NCBI GenBank assembly: GCA_964016885.1
Contig: OZ024741.1
Location: 290,718,001-290,782,000 of the forward strand
Length of the DNA: 64,000 nucleotides
Direction: 5' to 3'
Source: Eledone cirrhosa
Taxonomy: Eukaryota
A program made the position numbers and the translations under genes. Every line of letters begins with the position of its first letter. Position 1 is the first letter of the stretch. Shown here piece after piece: positions 42,840 through 57,069 of the stretch. Under the pieces are notes generated by a model. It was not told the DNA's origin. It made no database searches and saw only the letters and a program-made list of their open reading frames with translations.

Positions 42840-45559
42840 TAATCAGAGAGTGTATGTGTAAGAAATAGGAAAGGGGTGAGAGAGATGTGCGTGCGGGTAT
42901 ATCAATTTATATATATGCTGACTTGTTATTACTTCTTAATTATATATATATATATTAATATATATATATTAATATATATATATATATATATGAATATATA
43001 TATATATATTGATAGATATAAAACGTATGTATGTGTGTCGATATGTAGGTATGTATGGATACGTGTTTGTGTGGTCGCTCTCGCATGAAAAGCTTCACCA
43101 AACAAAAAACAGATAGGGAAGAATAGAAGAATATAATCCCATCCCTCCCCTCAGCCATAGATTTTGACATATGACCTGTCATTTAAGATGGGTTTCCATG
43201 GAGATAAACTTTGAAACAATGCGAATAACAACAGCAGCCACATACAAACAAAAGAAATAGAAAATCGCAACAACAGCAATAAAATTAAAGAATCAAAAGA
43301 CGAGCCCTTAAGTGGACGTTCTAACTGCTAGAAATGTCCGCTAAATCTCCCTCAATTTGCACCCTACCGTCATAAATATTTTTTTAATAATGGGTAGGGT
43401 AAGCCAAAGCACTCTATATCTGAAAATAAAATTTGATTGTCATGGCTAGATTGTCGTTGACCATATGACAGCTGGGGTCATATATGGCGCAAACATAAAT
43501 GGCGATGGTGACGGCGACGACGGGTGGTTGGATATTTCCTCCTAGTTATATAAAATGGGGGACCAGTTGATGAACCTTAAATCAATAGAATGAATAAAAT
43601 TATTCAAGAATAATTTTAGCTATTAGAAAATATTATGTTAACTAATCTCCAAGAAAATATAACTGAAAGTAGTTGTTTATATATTCAATATTCGTTGAAA
43701 GTTGAAGACCGCTATCTCCTCTTACCATCTTATACCATTCCCGAATCGGATTCGACAATCCTATGGAATTATTCTATTGATAAACAAATATTTTCGCTGA
43801 GTTATTACCTCAAACTACCGCCTCCACAAAATATGGCGAAAATTCATATACCTATAACGAAAATAATTCTTCTTTTATTTTCATTTAAAGGGATGTTATA
43901 GGCGACAAAACATAGGTAAATGACAGTCATGTTATTGTCGGCCATTTTATATATCTGAAAAGATCAAGAGCCGATAGTCATGCAGTTCTGTTTCCATCGT
44001 TAGTGTATAATTTTTAAAAGTTTCCTCTTAAGGAAAATGTTTTTCGTTTTGTTTTCTCTCCATTCGTTGTTTTGTCCTTTCTTTGTTAATATTCTTAAGT
44101 TTATCTACTAATGTGACGAACGTGTTTATCTCTTCTCTCCCGTTTATTGTAAAGGTTTACATTTTTAACACGATATCTTACTTTCTTCTTGCTTTTTTAT
44201 GACCGTTTTTCTTTGTTTCATTCATATCTCGTGCTATGAGGCACCAACCCCACTCTTTCCCTGACGTCACATAAAAATTGTATGTGTTTTGTAACTTAAC
44301 ATCTATAAACTAATGTTTTGTCTCGATTCTCTTACTCATTTGGACAGCGTTTGAATTGTGTCAGAAGCTGTGACCCCGGATCGACCAGCAATGCCGGTGG
44401 TAGGCGTTGCAACTGCCCAATTCCATCTCAACGGACGATGACTATGGAGTTCTGTGTCCTTCATTTGTATATTTATTTGAAAAAATAATATATATATATA
44501 TACATGTGTGTGTGCGGCGTGTGTGTGAATGTGTGGTGTGTGTGTGTGCCCTATTGCAGCTACAACTTCGCTTTATACGATATATATATAATGTATAAAT
44601 CATAGTTGTAGCAGCAGTAGGGAAGACAAATCACACACACACATATACACACACGCGCGCACACACACATCCACAGACACACACACATTTATATATATAT
44701 GCTTATGTGTGTTGGGACATGAGTTCGATTCACAGCGTTGCGTTGTATCCCTTAGCAAGATACTTTATTTGACGTTGTTCCAACCCAATCAGCTTTTAAA
44801 AATGAGGTGCACCCGAATTTCCATCGGCCAGCCTTTTCACACACTGCGTCGCTCTGAAACTCACTGAGGGCTCGGTTAAGTGTACATATCTGGGGAATGC
44901 TCAGCTACCTGCTTTGTAATTTCACAAGCATGATCATCAGTTGATGAAACAAGTGGAGCAATCCTCGTCGGAGACGACGGATGACCTGCCCTCTCCTTAC
45001 AAATATTTATATGATTGTATAGACGTAATGAATAGAATGTCTGTCTGAAAGATTACATTAAAAGTAGGTGGAATCATATTTCATATTTACAATAGCCACA
45101 AATAAGCAGTTAAAGGGGACAGAATTGGAAGAAAATACACAGAACAAATGACGGCGAAGATCAAAGATTTAATAGGTGTTGCCTACATGCAAATTTTGCT
45201 GTAAATTGCTGTCGTTCATTCAGCTATTGTCGTTGCTGTTACTGTTGTTGTTCAACCCGCAGTTGTTGTTCCCCTTGATCATGGGAGCTATGATCAAAAC
45301 TGTGTTCGTAAACATTACTATCCCGTATCCACTTTGTATAGGATAACATTATTTATCATGTATTTATTTTTACATTTTACGTGGGTTTGGGGCTTTTATT
45401 CTTCTATAACCCCAGCTTGTCGTTCAGAAGGTCATAGACTATATAGATTTCACAGAAATTGTTTCTGTTTAGTCCCAGACAGAAAAAGAGGCATATTGAA
45501 TAAGTTCAATCACTGCAAAGCTACTAATTAAAAAAAAATTATTTAGAGGAATTTATCAT

Positions 45560-45700
45560 ATTATTTAGTACAGAATATTTGTTCAGTATTTAGTTCAGTA
45601 TATTAGTACAGTATTTAGTACAGTATTTAGTAGGTACATCAGTTAGTACGGTATGTAGTAAAATATTTTAGAACAGTAGACTAGTAAATTATTTAGAGAA
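45560..45700. repeat. Degenerate ~12-bp tandem repeat (TATTTAGTACAG)
   Basis: Directly visible. Confidence 0.7.
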
Positions 45701-47064
45701 CAATAATATTTGAAGACAAGAATTCCTCTTGGCTGTTCAAAATCTAAATACATGAAAGGGAGATAACTCCAATAATATCATATAATGTAAATTTTAAGAA
45801 ACATAAGTAAAGCCATATTTGATAGTCAAATGGTAATAGCATCTCGTTTATACACCTCATTATGATCGGCATGGAAAGGTAAATATGTGTCTCTCTGTGT
45901 GTGCGTGTGAGTGTATGTGTGTGTATGTGTGTGTATGTGTGTGTGTGTGAGGCATCATTCACATATATATATATATGTTATTATGTAGGGCTTTATATAA
46001 TATTTCACTAGTAACACATTTTTTGTCGCAACATCAGTGAGAAATAATATTGTAAAACAGATCATCGCTAAATAAAAGCAGATGTTTACAAGTGTGGATC
46101 GAAAATGAAAAAATGAAGTTGATGTAGCTTGCATTTTAGAATATGCCTCTCGCTTGTTTTGTTAATCCTGGTTTTCTTAACACCAGGCCACCTTCGATTG
46201 AACAAACGTTCATGCCGTGAGTACTTAGCCTCTGTCCTTTGGTTTGCTGTGCGTTTAGAGAATATATATATGGCCACTTCATCCAATGGTGCTTCCAATT
46301 TTATATTCGATATTATTAGACTTAAGGGAGATTTAGCTGCTATTTCTAGCATGTTAGGCTACTGAGTAAACGCTTCTTCCATGCTGGCTCGTCTCACCTA
46401 TGTTTGTATATGTGTAAGTGTGTAGGTGTCGTGTCTATGCGTGTCTGTGTTCTTTGTGATTCGTGGTTTCCTCCACTTTATATTCAAGAAGATTAAATAA
46501 CTTGTCTATATGACAGAACAACTACTATCAGTACTGTTTTATTAACTTCATTTCCGATTTTATACTATTTTTAAATGACACCTACGGATAAATAAGTGAA
46601 TAAATAATGTTATCAACTTCCTAATTAATTCACCTTTAGCTTATTTTAAATGAGAAGAATCCTGTTCAGAAAGATAAAAAAAGAACATGCCAAAACATAT
46701 AAATGAATAGACAAGTAAAATTAAAAGAAAATCGAAAGGTATAAAGAAAATGGCGGAAGAGTAAAAAATAAATAAATAGAAAAAAAAACCTTTTTACAAT
46801 AAATATAACAAAACGCATTCACAAACAAAATGGCTGATGTATCAAATGAAAGTAAACATGGGAAGAAAAACGAGGAACCTCTTATGTGACGTCATTGGAA
46901 TGTAGAAAACCCACACAGACAGCTCTAAAGTTGTCTTCACATTCTCTTTGTTGTTCTTTGTCTTCCTTTCTTTTTTCGTCTTTTCTTCCTTTCTTTCTGT
47001 CTTGTCTGCCATTCACATCCTTTTATAACAAGTTTTCCCTTCTATTACATTCGTTAATTTCCGA

Positions 47065-47251
47065 TTGGTGAATTGGCAGTATCGGTAGAGGGTTGGACGT
47101 CATGCTGTCTAGCATAGTTACGTCCCTTTACAGTCTGAGTTCAAATCCCGCCGAGGTTAACTTTGCCTTTCATCCTTACGGGGTCGATAAAATAAAGTAC
47201 CAGTAATGTACTGGATAATTGCTGGCCTCGTGCCTAAAGTACAAACAATTA
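47065..47251 (+). mobile_element. tRNA-derived SINE, family A
   Basis: Reverse complement of the 3612-3810 type. Confidence 0.9.
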
Positions 47252-47608
47252 TGTAACAAAGCTGGTGATGTAACAGAGACGTTATAACGTTGGTTAGAAT
47301 GATTTGCCTTATAGGTTCCGATTTTCTGCGTTCTGAGATGAAAAACCACCGAAATATACTTTCTTTTTTATCCTTTACAAGGCGAGAAAAAGTACATCTC
47401 CAGTACTGGTGTCCCCCTGTCTTTCCCTCTCTATATCTCCATCTTTATCTCTCCTACTCTGGAGAAAGAATGGCTTCCCTCGGGGTTTAAAATGCCCAAG
47501 AATTACCGTTTCTCGCGACCATGTTCCTACATTACCATCGGGATTTACGTGTCCATACATACATACATAAATACACACATAATAATACATATGAATATTT
47601 TACATTCA

Positions 47609-47661
<53 letters not shown>

Positions 47662-48379
47662 TAGGTGGCACGCGAGGTTGTAGGATTTTTAGAGCGACGA
47701 ACAAAATATGCTGCGGTAACTTGTTCAGGCTTTTTATAGCCTGTGTATTGTTGTTTGTTCTTCATGGTTGAACTGGATACAAATTCATCTAGCAACATGA
47801 CGGCCTGTTGTGACACGTGTTGAGTGAATGTCCGATCTAGAAGACTGCTCACTGAGTGTTGTTATATGTAGACGTTTCACACTTACCATATTGTTTTGAA
47901 TAATGTTTATGTTATTTTTACGTTCCACAAACGTTGCCTATTGGCGTATAGTTTGATTGTGAAATATTTTAGATATGGGTGAAGTTTGTTTATGTAGCCA
48001 GCTAAGGGATCTTTTTCTGTGATTTTATAACAATAAATTAGGTCATTATTGAGAAAATAAGAAAAATGAGATTCATTGTTTTGGTTCCTTCTGTAACTAT
48101 GAGTAAAACTTTCTTATTACCTCTCTCTTTATTGTTTCTCTTCGATTGATTCTGTTGATGTTGCCATGTTCACCCATTTTGTTTGAAGCAACTCTTAGTA
48201 AAGTGAATTCAACATTTAAACGGATATCTCTACGATTTCGAATAAAAGGTGTCTTCAGAGAATATCATCAGAAGACTATCCAGTTATTTAACAAGGCTGA
48301 TAGTTGTGGTATTACATTTGGGGATAACATTTATCGTAAATTTAATTAATAATTTCTCAAGGCATATAATCTCGAGTCG

Positions 48380-48410
<31 letters not shown>

Positions 48411-48451
48411 TGTATGTATGTATGTATGTATGTATGTATGTATGTATGTAT

Positions 48452-48863
48452 CCAGGAGAGATGACCCCTTGGACATGGTCAAAGCAGAATTCTAGGAGAA
48501 GGAAAACTCTGATATAACACCTGCAACGCTGATGGTATCCAATGATGTTGACTTGTTCTTCTTTTTGGTAAATATCATCTTGGTTAAGAGAGTGGGACTG
48601 GCTTTGTGCAGTGCCTTTGATCACTATAAAAGCTTCACGGCACAGGCATTGCTTTATATCTGGAGATCTCTCTGCACTTGTCATCACATGGTACAATGGG
48701 CCCAGCACTATGTGTCAGTAATTGTCACAAGTGTAGTGTTTGTACCAGAGTTTTCAAGTCGCTGGCTGGACTAAAAAGTCACACTCGTTCAGCGCATCAG
48801 TAGGGGTTCTCCTACATGAATATAAAGTAGTGGCCGTACTCGAAAACGAGTTGGCAGCCACCA
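48452..48863 (+). mobile_element. Non-autonomous (ATGT)n-flanked retroposon, copy 2 (RTE 5'-UTR-like head)
   Basis: Contains ctaggagaaggaaaactctgat, a motif I recall from RTE-clade 5' UTRs; followed by a long (ATGT)n tail; diverged relative at 49155-49430. Confidence 0.75.
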
Positions 48864-49429
48864 TGTATGTATGTATGTATGTATGTATGTATGTATGTAT
48901 GTATGTATGTATGTATGTATGTATGTATGTATGTACGTACGTACGTACGTACGTACGTACGTATGTATGTATGTATGTATGTATGTATGTATGTATGTAT
49001 GTATGTATGTATGTATGTATGTATGTATGTACGTGCGTGCGTACGTACGTATGTATGTATGTATGTATGTATGTATGTATGTATTCATGTATGCATGTAT
49101 GTATGTATGTATGTATGTATGTATGTATGTATGTATGTATGTATTTTTTTTAATGCGCGGGGACATAGAAATAGTCGGGCTGGATACCCGATCACGAAGT
49201 TAAACCACTGGATGTGAAGAACACATAGCCCTTGTCAGGGCATTCTTCTAGGAGAAGGCATCTCAGGAAACTGGGTTAACTCCGACATGAAACCTGCGGC
49301 TCAGTAGTTACCGATGATGTTGATCTTTACTTCTTTTCGGGTTATAGCTACTGTCACTTAGAGAGTGGGATTGGCTCAGTGCACAGTCTTTCCTCACTTC
49401 AAAAATATTCGTCACGCACAGGCATTGCA

Positions 49430-52400
49430 CGATTGCATTTCCTTTTTCGGAGAGGCTTGGATCTCGCGATATGGGCCATCTTCCTAGACCCAGAAGGTAA
49501 GTCGGTGGTGCTGGACGTGACCGGCAGCAAAGGCAATGCTTTCAGGCTAGTAGCCGTCTACGCTCCAACAGGGGAAGGACGGCCAGATTTCTTCAGACGT
49601 CTGGAGACCTTTTTTGGAACGTCCCGCTCTTTAGTGTTAGTGGGCGACTGGAACGGTATCTTGGATGCACGCTGGGATCGTGTGGGGCTAGTGGATAGGG
49701 GAGGAGGGTGCAAGAGCCTCACCAACCTGCTCAGACGTTTTGAACTGTCTGACAGGTATCGACTGGATCACCCGAATGTGCCAATGTGGACATGGACAAA
49801 CCGCATCGAGTCATCCAGATCGTATCTCGATAGGGTATTCTGCAGAGAACTAGATAAGGCTAGTATAAGTTGTCCACAATTTAAAATAGTCGACTACACG
49901 GACCACAAATTTGTGATCTGTGAGATCGACATAGACTAACTTCATAGACAAGGGCCTGGTTACTGGAAGCTGAACGCGTCTTTCCCGGCGCGCAAAGTCT
50001 ACAGAGACCGGATTAGCATATTAGTTAAGCGGGCGTTGACGGGAGCGGTCGTCAACAACAGGTGGTGGTTCGCCCTGAAAAGGGCAATTAAAGTAGAGTC
50101 GATTAGGTTTAGCAAAGGAGTAGTGATAGAGGAAAATAGAGTAGAGGGAGAGCTAGTCAGAAAGCTAGAGGAGGCGTTTAGGACAGGCATCGCAACCGAC
50201 GTGCTTGCGGCGAGATTGGCCCTCGACCAATTCTTCAACGCAAAACACGAAGGCTGCGTTCTCAGAGCTAGAGCGAGTGCTCTGAAACATGAGGGGACAA
50301 AAGCCGTCCAATGGGCCCGGGTGGCAGAATAGCGACGTGGCAACAAAGCCACAATTCGGTCTTTGTCTGACCAAAACGGATGCGTGATGCTCGAACCCGA
50401 GCGGATGTGTGAAGCTTTTCAGCAGCACTTTACTGAACTGTTCGGGAGCGGCGGCCCGGATCGGGACATGGATTTCAGTGCATACTTCGACGGACTTCCT
50501 CGGCCCTCGACGACCGCAGCACAGTGTTGCGAAAAGCCAATAACAGCCGGTGAAATACGGGAAGCGATGGCTAACTGCACAAGGGGTAAATCGCCAGGTT
50601 TGGATGGTCTGCCCTACGAGCTTTATGCATTTATGACAGACTTGTTCGGTGACCTCTTGGCAAACGTCTACTGCAACTGGCAGCAGAACGGGAGCATTCC
50701 CAGTTTCGTGAGCCAGGGAGCAGTGGAGCTGCTGAGAAAAGACCCGAACAAGAGGGATGTTATCGATAATTTCAGGCCCATAACCCTGCTAAACGCAGAG
50801 TTCAAGATTTTGACCAAGGTATTAGCAACGAGGTTGGCGCTTGTCGTCAAGGGTCTGGTGGGAGAGGCGCAGACATGCACCATTCCGGACAGATCCATAC
50901 ACGACAACCTCCACCTCATGCGATACATCATAGAGAGGGTGGTTAAGGAACCTGGCACGAGTGCGGCCCTGATTAACTTGGATCAATCCAAAGCATTCGA
51001 TAGGGTCGACCATCGGTATCTGGCGGCGGTCCTCGAGGCAGCCGGTTTCGGGCCCGTTTTCAGGGGTTGGATGGCAGCAATGTACAGCGACATCTGCTAA
51101 GTTGTGAGGGTGACCGGTCACCTGTCGCAGCCGTTCAGCATCATGCGCTCAGTCCGCCAGGGTTGTCCCCTCTCGTCCCTCTTGTACGTATTAGCTCTCG
51201 AGCCGTTACTGCACAAACTGGGGGCGATGAAGGGCGTCCCACGCAAACTAGGATGCGGGAAATCCGAGTCGGCTTACGCTGACGACGTCACCGTGGTAGT
51301 GTCGAGCACCAGACACGTCCAGATGCTCGGCACCGCTCTCAAGGAATACGAAGCGGTGACAGGAGCAAAGATAAACCAGGAAAAGTCAGTGGACTTGCAG
51401 CTCGGCACCTCGAGAGGCAAGTCCATGCTGTCCGACAACGTCGTGGGGCGTTGGACGGACGGACTGCTTAAATTGCTCGGGGTCTGGTTCGGACCGAACC
51501 TCCAGATGGAGAAAAACTGGAACGAGGTGACGAGCAGGGTGGCCTCCTTCACCCAGGAATGGGCCGAGAGGAAGCTGTCCCTGAAAGGCCGAGCGGAGCT
51601 GGCGAATGCGTACATCACATCCGTCATCTGCTACCGCCTCGCCGTCGTCCCTTGCTCCAGCCCAACTCTCACCAAAATGGAGCGCCTCCTCTTCCGCTTT
51701 TTGTGGAAGGGACGCACTCCCATGGTTCAGACGATCCATCTGCTGTCAACACCCGTTGCGTGGAGGACTGGGCATGCCATGGCTGATGATGCACAAACAT
51801 GCGCTGAGGCTGCGACATCTCTGGTGCTTCCTTGATGGTGAACAGGTGTGGTCGCCGTTCGCCAGGCACGTTTTCCCACAGCTCGTCTCCTTGACGGAGC
51901 TGCAGTCCTGGGTCAGAAAAAGAACGAGGGATAGCGCTTGGAGACTGGAATGTCTCCAGGCGCTCACTGCCCTCTGCCAGTTGGACACCAGTATCGGTGG
52001 AACATCCATCTCGGCGTTCTATAGAGGACTAGTGGAGGGGAAGAGCGACGACATTCTCGGAGAGATCCTGGGCGTCGAAGAAGATCAGCTGTTTGCTCTC
52101 TTCCGGAGAACTTTCAGCTCAGGGCCTATGGATAACTTCCAAAAATTCCTGGCCTGGCAGTGCTACCGGAGAGCGCTGCCGTTTCGAGATAAGCTATACA
52201 GGCACGGAAGTGCCGTCAGCCGAGCCTGTCCGAGATGCGCGCAGAGCGACGAAACCTCGGAGCTATATCGAACAGTTGCTGTCGAGTGTGGGACTGATCC
52301 GGTTATCGACTGAGTCCATTGTGCAGATGGTCTCGCCGTCTTCCTTCGAGGAGGAAGGGCAGGCGGTTTTCATCTGCCTGGTGGCCATGGCGAAAGAGAT

Positions 52401-52950
52401 TGTGTGGTGGACATGTTAAAAGGGTTAAAGACAGACACTTTCTTCTTCGGCGAATCCCTAATTAACTTTTTCAAGTTTCACTTGAAGAAGAAAATCAGGG
52501 TGGAGATGGAAGTGCTGCCTTCTAGCAAGTTTGTTGAAATGTGGGTGAATGTAGCGAGAATGGTCCGAGTGAATGGGACCACTCTGAATATATGTCTGTA
52601 GTTAGAGAGATGGAAAAATTGAGAGAGGGCGCTTGCCCTGGTGATCAGGGTGGCCGTGGTCTTTTGTGTGGTTTTCGCCACGAGTAACCCTCGGAGCCCC
52701 CCCCCCCTCTATTGGGGAATTTTTCATTGTTTCAATTTTCATTTTTATTGTTTATATATATATATGTTTCTATGTCCTTTTTTTTCTTTTCTTATATAAA
52801 TAATAAAAATATTTACACGCACAAAACCCACATCGTACCGTCCTGTGCCGTCTGTAATGTTTTTCTTGATGTCAGTCCTTGTGGCCAATAAAGAAATCAT
52901 TAATTTATAATTATTAATAGTGTATTATTATTATTATTATTATTATTATT
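49430..52950 (+). mobile_element. Tx1/L1-clade LINE, 5'-truncated ORF2 (APE endonuclease, RT, Cys-rich end), 3' UTR and (ATT)n tail; inactive
   Basis: VAVYAP, LVGDWN, SYLDRV, YTDHK (EN); KSPGLDG, FRPITLLN, DQSKAFDRVDH, RQGCPLS, AYADDV (RT); CPRC; in-frame stops at ~49937, 50330 and 51098. Confidence 0.95.
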
Positions 52951-53548
52951 GAATGCCATGGTTGACGGGTTCTCGGCTCTGTAAGGTATTGTAAATTTAA
53001 ACCTCTATAACAATTGTAAATTGTTTAAAACTTTAACCCGATTGTAGACAAAAACACCCACCTCCTCGTGAGAGGGGTCTTTCTGTCTGTTATTTGGCCC
53101 TTCGGGTTTAAATAACCGCTTATTAGGGTTTTGTGCTCAATATTTATTTTAAACCAAAAAAAACATGGCTACAAAAAAGAATTTTCACAAGTCACTCCCA
53201 CTCATTCCGTCTTCTTCTTCCTCAATCGTCGCTACACCAGGGAGAAGATTGTCTCTCCCCCTCCCTTCTCTAAATGTGGCTCTCCCTCCCTTCTCTTTCG
53301 CAAGCGACACCAGTAAAGAAAAATATAGTTTCTGATAGTTTCTAAGACCACGTGCAAACTGAGGAACATTTCTCCATGACGACGACAACGACGAAACATG
53401 TGTGCGGTAAATACGGAAACCCATTTCATTCGTCTGACGTCAAGAATAATAGCAGTAGCAGCCGTAATAACAGCAGCAGCAGCAGCAGCAACAGTGACAA
53501 GGAAAACAATAGTAATAGCCTCAACAGCATCAGCAGCAGCATAAACAA

Positions 53549-53590
<42 letters not shown>

Positions 53591-56500
53591 CAACAACAAC
53601 AGCAGCAGCAACAACAACAACAATCACAGCAACAGCGGCGGCGGCAGTAGTCGTAGTACCAGCAGCAACAACAAAAGTAACAGCAGCTGTGACGACAACA
53701 ACAACAACAACAGCAAAGAAAAACCAATCTCGTTTGCAGGTATCGCAAAGAACCTGGAAACCATCCTCATAACAAATGAGGAAATACAGGAAGCAAAGAA
53801 GATGGTGACGAAAACCGGACACCGAGCAATCTGCAAGGCAGCCGAAAAGTTTTTCGAAATCCAACAGCACTGTACGGTCACGTACCGTACAGTAAGCACA
53901 AAATTCCGTAGGGTTGAAAGAGCCACAGAGGCTCAAATTCAAAAAGCCTTAGGGTCTGTGTGGCAGCGGAAAACGCATATCACCCGAGGCAAGAAATATG
54001 CCACCGTAGACGTGCTTTTTGCCATACCCCAGGAGGAAAATGCTCAATCCTTGGTGACCCTAAGGAGCGAGGAAATGGTGTTGGTGCCCTCCTACTGCGG
54101 GCAAAAAATTGTGAGCGTCAAACTTGACCAATTCTTCAATGCAAAGCACGAAGGCTGCGTTGTCAGAGCTAGGGTGCGTGCTCTCAGACACGAGGGGACG
54201 AAAGCCGTTCAATGGGCCCAAGTGGCGGAGGCGCGTCGTGGCAACAAAGCCACGATCCGATCTTTGGTGGACCACGATGGGCGCATGCTACTCGATCCCG
54301 GGCAAATGTGTGAAGCTTTTCAACGACACTTCGCACAGCTGTTCGGGGGCAGCGGCAGGCCGGATCGAGGGATGGACTTTAGTGTCTACCTCGACGGACT
54401 GCCGCGGCTCTCAGCCACTGAGGCGGAGTGTTGCGAAAAGCCGATAACAGCCGCTGAAGTACGGGAGGCAATGACTGGCTGCACAATGGGTAAATCGCCT
54501 GGTTTGGATGGTCTGCCCTATGAACTTTTCGTACGGATGCCAGACTTGTTCGGAGGCCTTTTGGCGGACGTCTACTGCAACTGGCAAAAGAACGGGAGAA
54601 TTCCCAGCTCTGTGGGCCGAGGAGCTGTGGCACTGCTGAGAAAGGATCCGAACAAGGGGGATAACATAGATAATTTCAGGCCCATAACAATGCTAAACAC
54701 AGAGTTCAAGATTTTGGCCAAGGTGCTAGCAAATAGGTTGACGCTTGTCGTTGGTGGTTTGGTGGGAGAGGCGCAGACATGCGCCATTCCCGATAGATCC
54801 ATCCACGACAACCTCCACCTCATGCGATACATCGTAGAGAGGGTAGCTAGGGAACCTGGCACGGGTGCGTCCTTGATCAATTTAGATCAGTCGAATGCTT
54901 TCGAGAGGGTCGACCATCGTTACCTAGCGGCAGTCCTGAGGGCGGCTGGCTTTTGGCTCGTCTTCAGAGGCTGGATCGCTGCCATGCACAGCGACATCTG
55001 CTCTGTGGTGAGAGTGAACGGTCACCTTTCGGAACCGTTTAACATCATGCGCTCGGTCCGCCAAGAATGTCCCCTCTCGTCCCTCTTGTACGTATTGACT
55101 CTCGAACCATTACTGCACAAACTGGAGACGTTGAGGGGGTCCCGCGCGAACTAGGATGCGGAAGATCCGTGTCAGCATATGCGGACGATGTCACCGTAGT
55201 GGTGTCGAACGCCAAACACATCGAGGCGATCGGCACTACACTAAGAGAATACGAAGCGTGACAGGAGCAATGATCAACCAGGAAATGTCAGTGGGCCTGC
55301 AGCTTGGCACCTGGAGAGGCAGGTCCATGCCATCCAACAGCGTCGTCGGGCGTTGGACGGACGGACCGCTTAAATTGCTTGTTCGGTCCGGACCTCCAGA
55401 CGGACAAAAACCGGGACGAGGTGACGAGCAGGGTGGCTTCTCTCACCCAGAAATGGGCCGAGAGGAAGCTATCCCTGAAAGGTCGAGCGGAGGTGGCTAA
55501 CGCGTATATCGCGTCCGTCATCTTCTACCGCCTGACCGTCGTACCTTGTCCTAAGCCCCGCCTGACTGCGCTGGAGCGTTTGCTCTTTCGCTTTTTGTGG
55601 AAAGGACGCGCTCCGATGATCAGGCGGTCCATCTGCTGTCAACACCCGCTACGTGGAGGACTAGGAATGCCGTGGCTGATGATGCGCAGACACGCGCTCA
55701 GGCTACGACATCTCCACCTCTTCCTCGACGGTGATCAGGTGTGGTCTCCGTTTGCTAGAGGCGTCTTTCCCCAGCTCGTCTCCTTGACGGAGCTGCAGTC
55801 CTGGGTCAAGCGAAGACCGAGAGGGAGCGCTTGGAGACTGGAATGTCTTCAGGCGCTCACAGCCCTCGACCAATCGGGCAATGTGATCGGTGGAAACTCC
55901 ACCTTGGCGTTCTATAGAGGATTAGTGGAGGGGAAGAGCGACGACGTACTTGGGGAAACTCTAGGCGTCGACGAAAATCAACTAGCCAATCTCTTCGGAA
56001 GAACTTTCGGGCCGGGGTCTATGGACAACTTCCAGAAATCCCTGGCCTGGCAGTGCTACCGAGGAGCTTTGCCAGTTCGGGATAAACTCTACAGGCATGG
56101 AGGTGCCGTCAGCCGGGCATGTCCGAGATGCGCGCAGGGCGACGAAACCGTCCTGCACGCACTCGTCCAGTGTCCGAGCATTGCTGACTTGTGGGTTTAT
56201 GTCGAACACCTGTTGTCGTGTGTAGAACGGATCCGACTATCAGCTGAGTCCATCGTGAGGTAGCCCCGCCCTCTTCCTTTAGCCGGGAAGGGCAGGCCGG
56301 TTTTATCTGTCTGGTGGCCATGGCAAAAAAGATAGTATGGTGGACACGTTTGAAAGGGCTGAAGACGAGCACTTACCTCTTCGGTGATGCCCTGATTAAC
56401 TTTTTCAAATTTCATTTGAAAAGGAAAATCAGGGTAGAAAGGGAATTGCTCTCTTCCCAGCATTTTGTTGAAAGATGGGTGAGAGAGGCAAGAATGGCCC

Positions 56501-56785
56501 GAGATGAATGGGCCTACTCTGAGTATGTGTCTGTAAATTAAAGGTGGAAAACTGGGAGAGGGCACTTGCCCTGGTGGTCAGTGTCACTGTGGCTTTTTAA
56601 TGGGCTTTCTCCACGAATGTCCCTCGGAAGTCTTTCCCCTATTGGGGAATTTTTTCATTGTTCTATTATTACATCCTCTGTTTCTTGTTTTTTACACGCA
56701 GAAATGCCCATTTGTACCGCCCTGTATTGTCCTGTACTGTCCTTAATGTCTACTTTATGTAAACCCTTGTGGTTAATAAAGAAAG

Positions 56786-56835
<50 letters not shown>
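52951..56835 (+). mobile_element. Tx1/L1-clade LINE with 5' end and ORF1 start, internally deleted (no endonuclease), 3' UTR and (ATT)n tail
   Basis: ATG at 53165, S/N-rich ORF1-like region, in-frame junction near 54122 to LDQFFNAKHEG of ORF2; RT motifs; CPRC..H..C zinc finger; frameshifts after 55135. Confidence 0.9.
53352..55154 (+). CDS. 600-codon open frame fusing an ORF1-like N-terminus to the RT N-terminal part (probably non-functional)
   Basis: ORF track; the frame ends before YADD, which lies in another frame. Confidence 0.45.
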
Positions 56836-57025
56836 GGCCGGTGGATTGGCAGCCTCGGTAGAGGGTCGGACGCCATGCTTTGACTTATAGTGTTACGGCC
56901 CTTGCCATTCTGAGTTCAAATCCCGCCTAGTTTAAGTTTGCCTTTCATCCTTACGGGGTCGATAAAATAAAATTCCAGTAATACACTGGGTAATTACTGG
57001 CCTTGTGCCAATAGTAGAAACAATT
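56835..57025 (+). mobile_element. tRNA-derived SINE, family A
   Basis: Full head to tail, directly after the Tx1 (ATT)n tail. Confidence 0.9.
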
Positions 57026-57069
57026 ATTATTATTATTGTTACTATTATTATTACTTTTTTTTTCCTTTT

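Noticed and set aside
40901-48863. Conserved ~120-aa ORFs in the two (ATGT)n-flanked copies
   Set aside because: Conservation reflects recent repeat copies; the ORFs run into microsatellites and show no domain.
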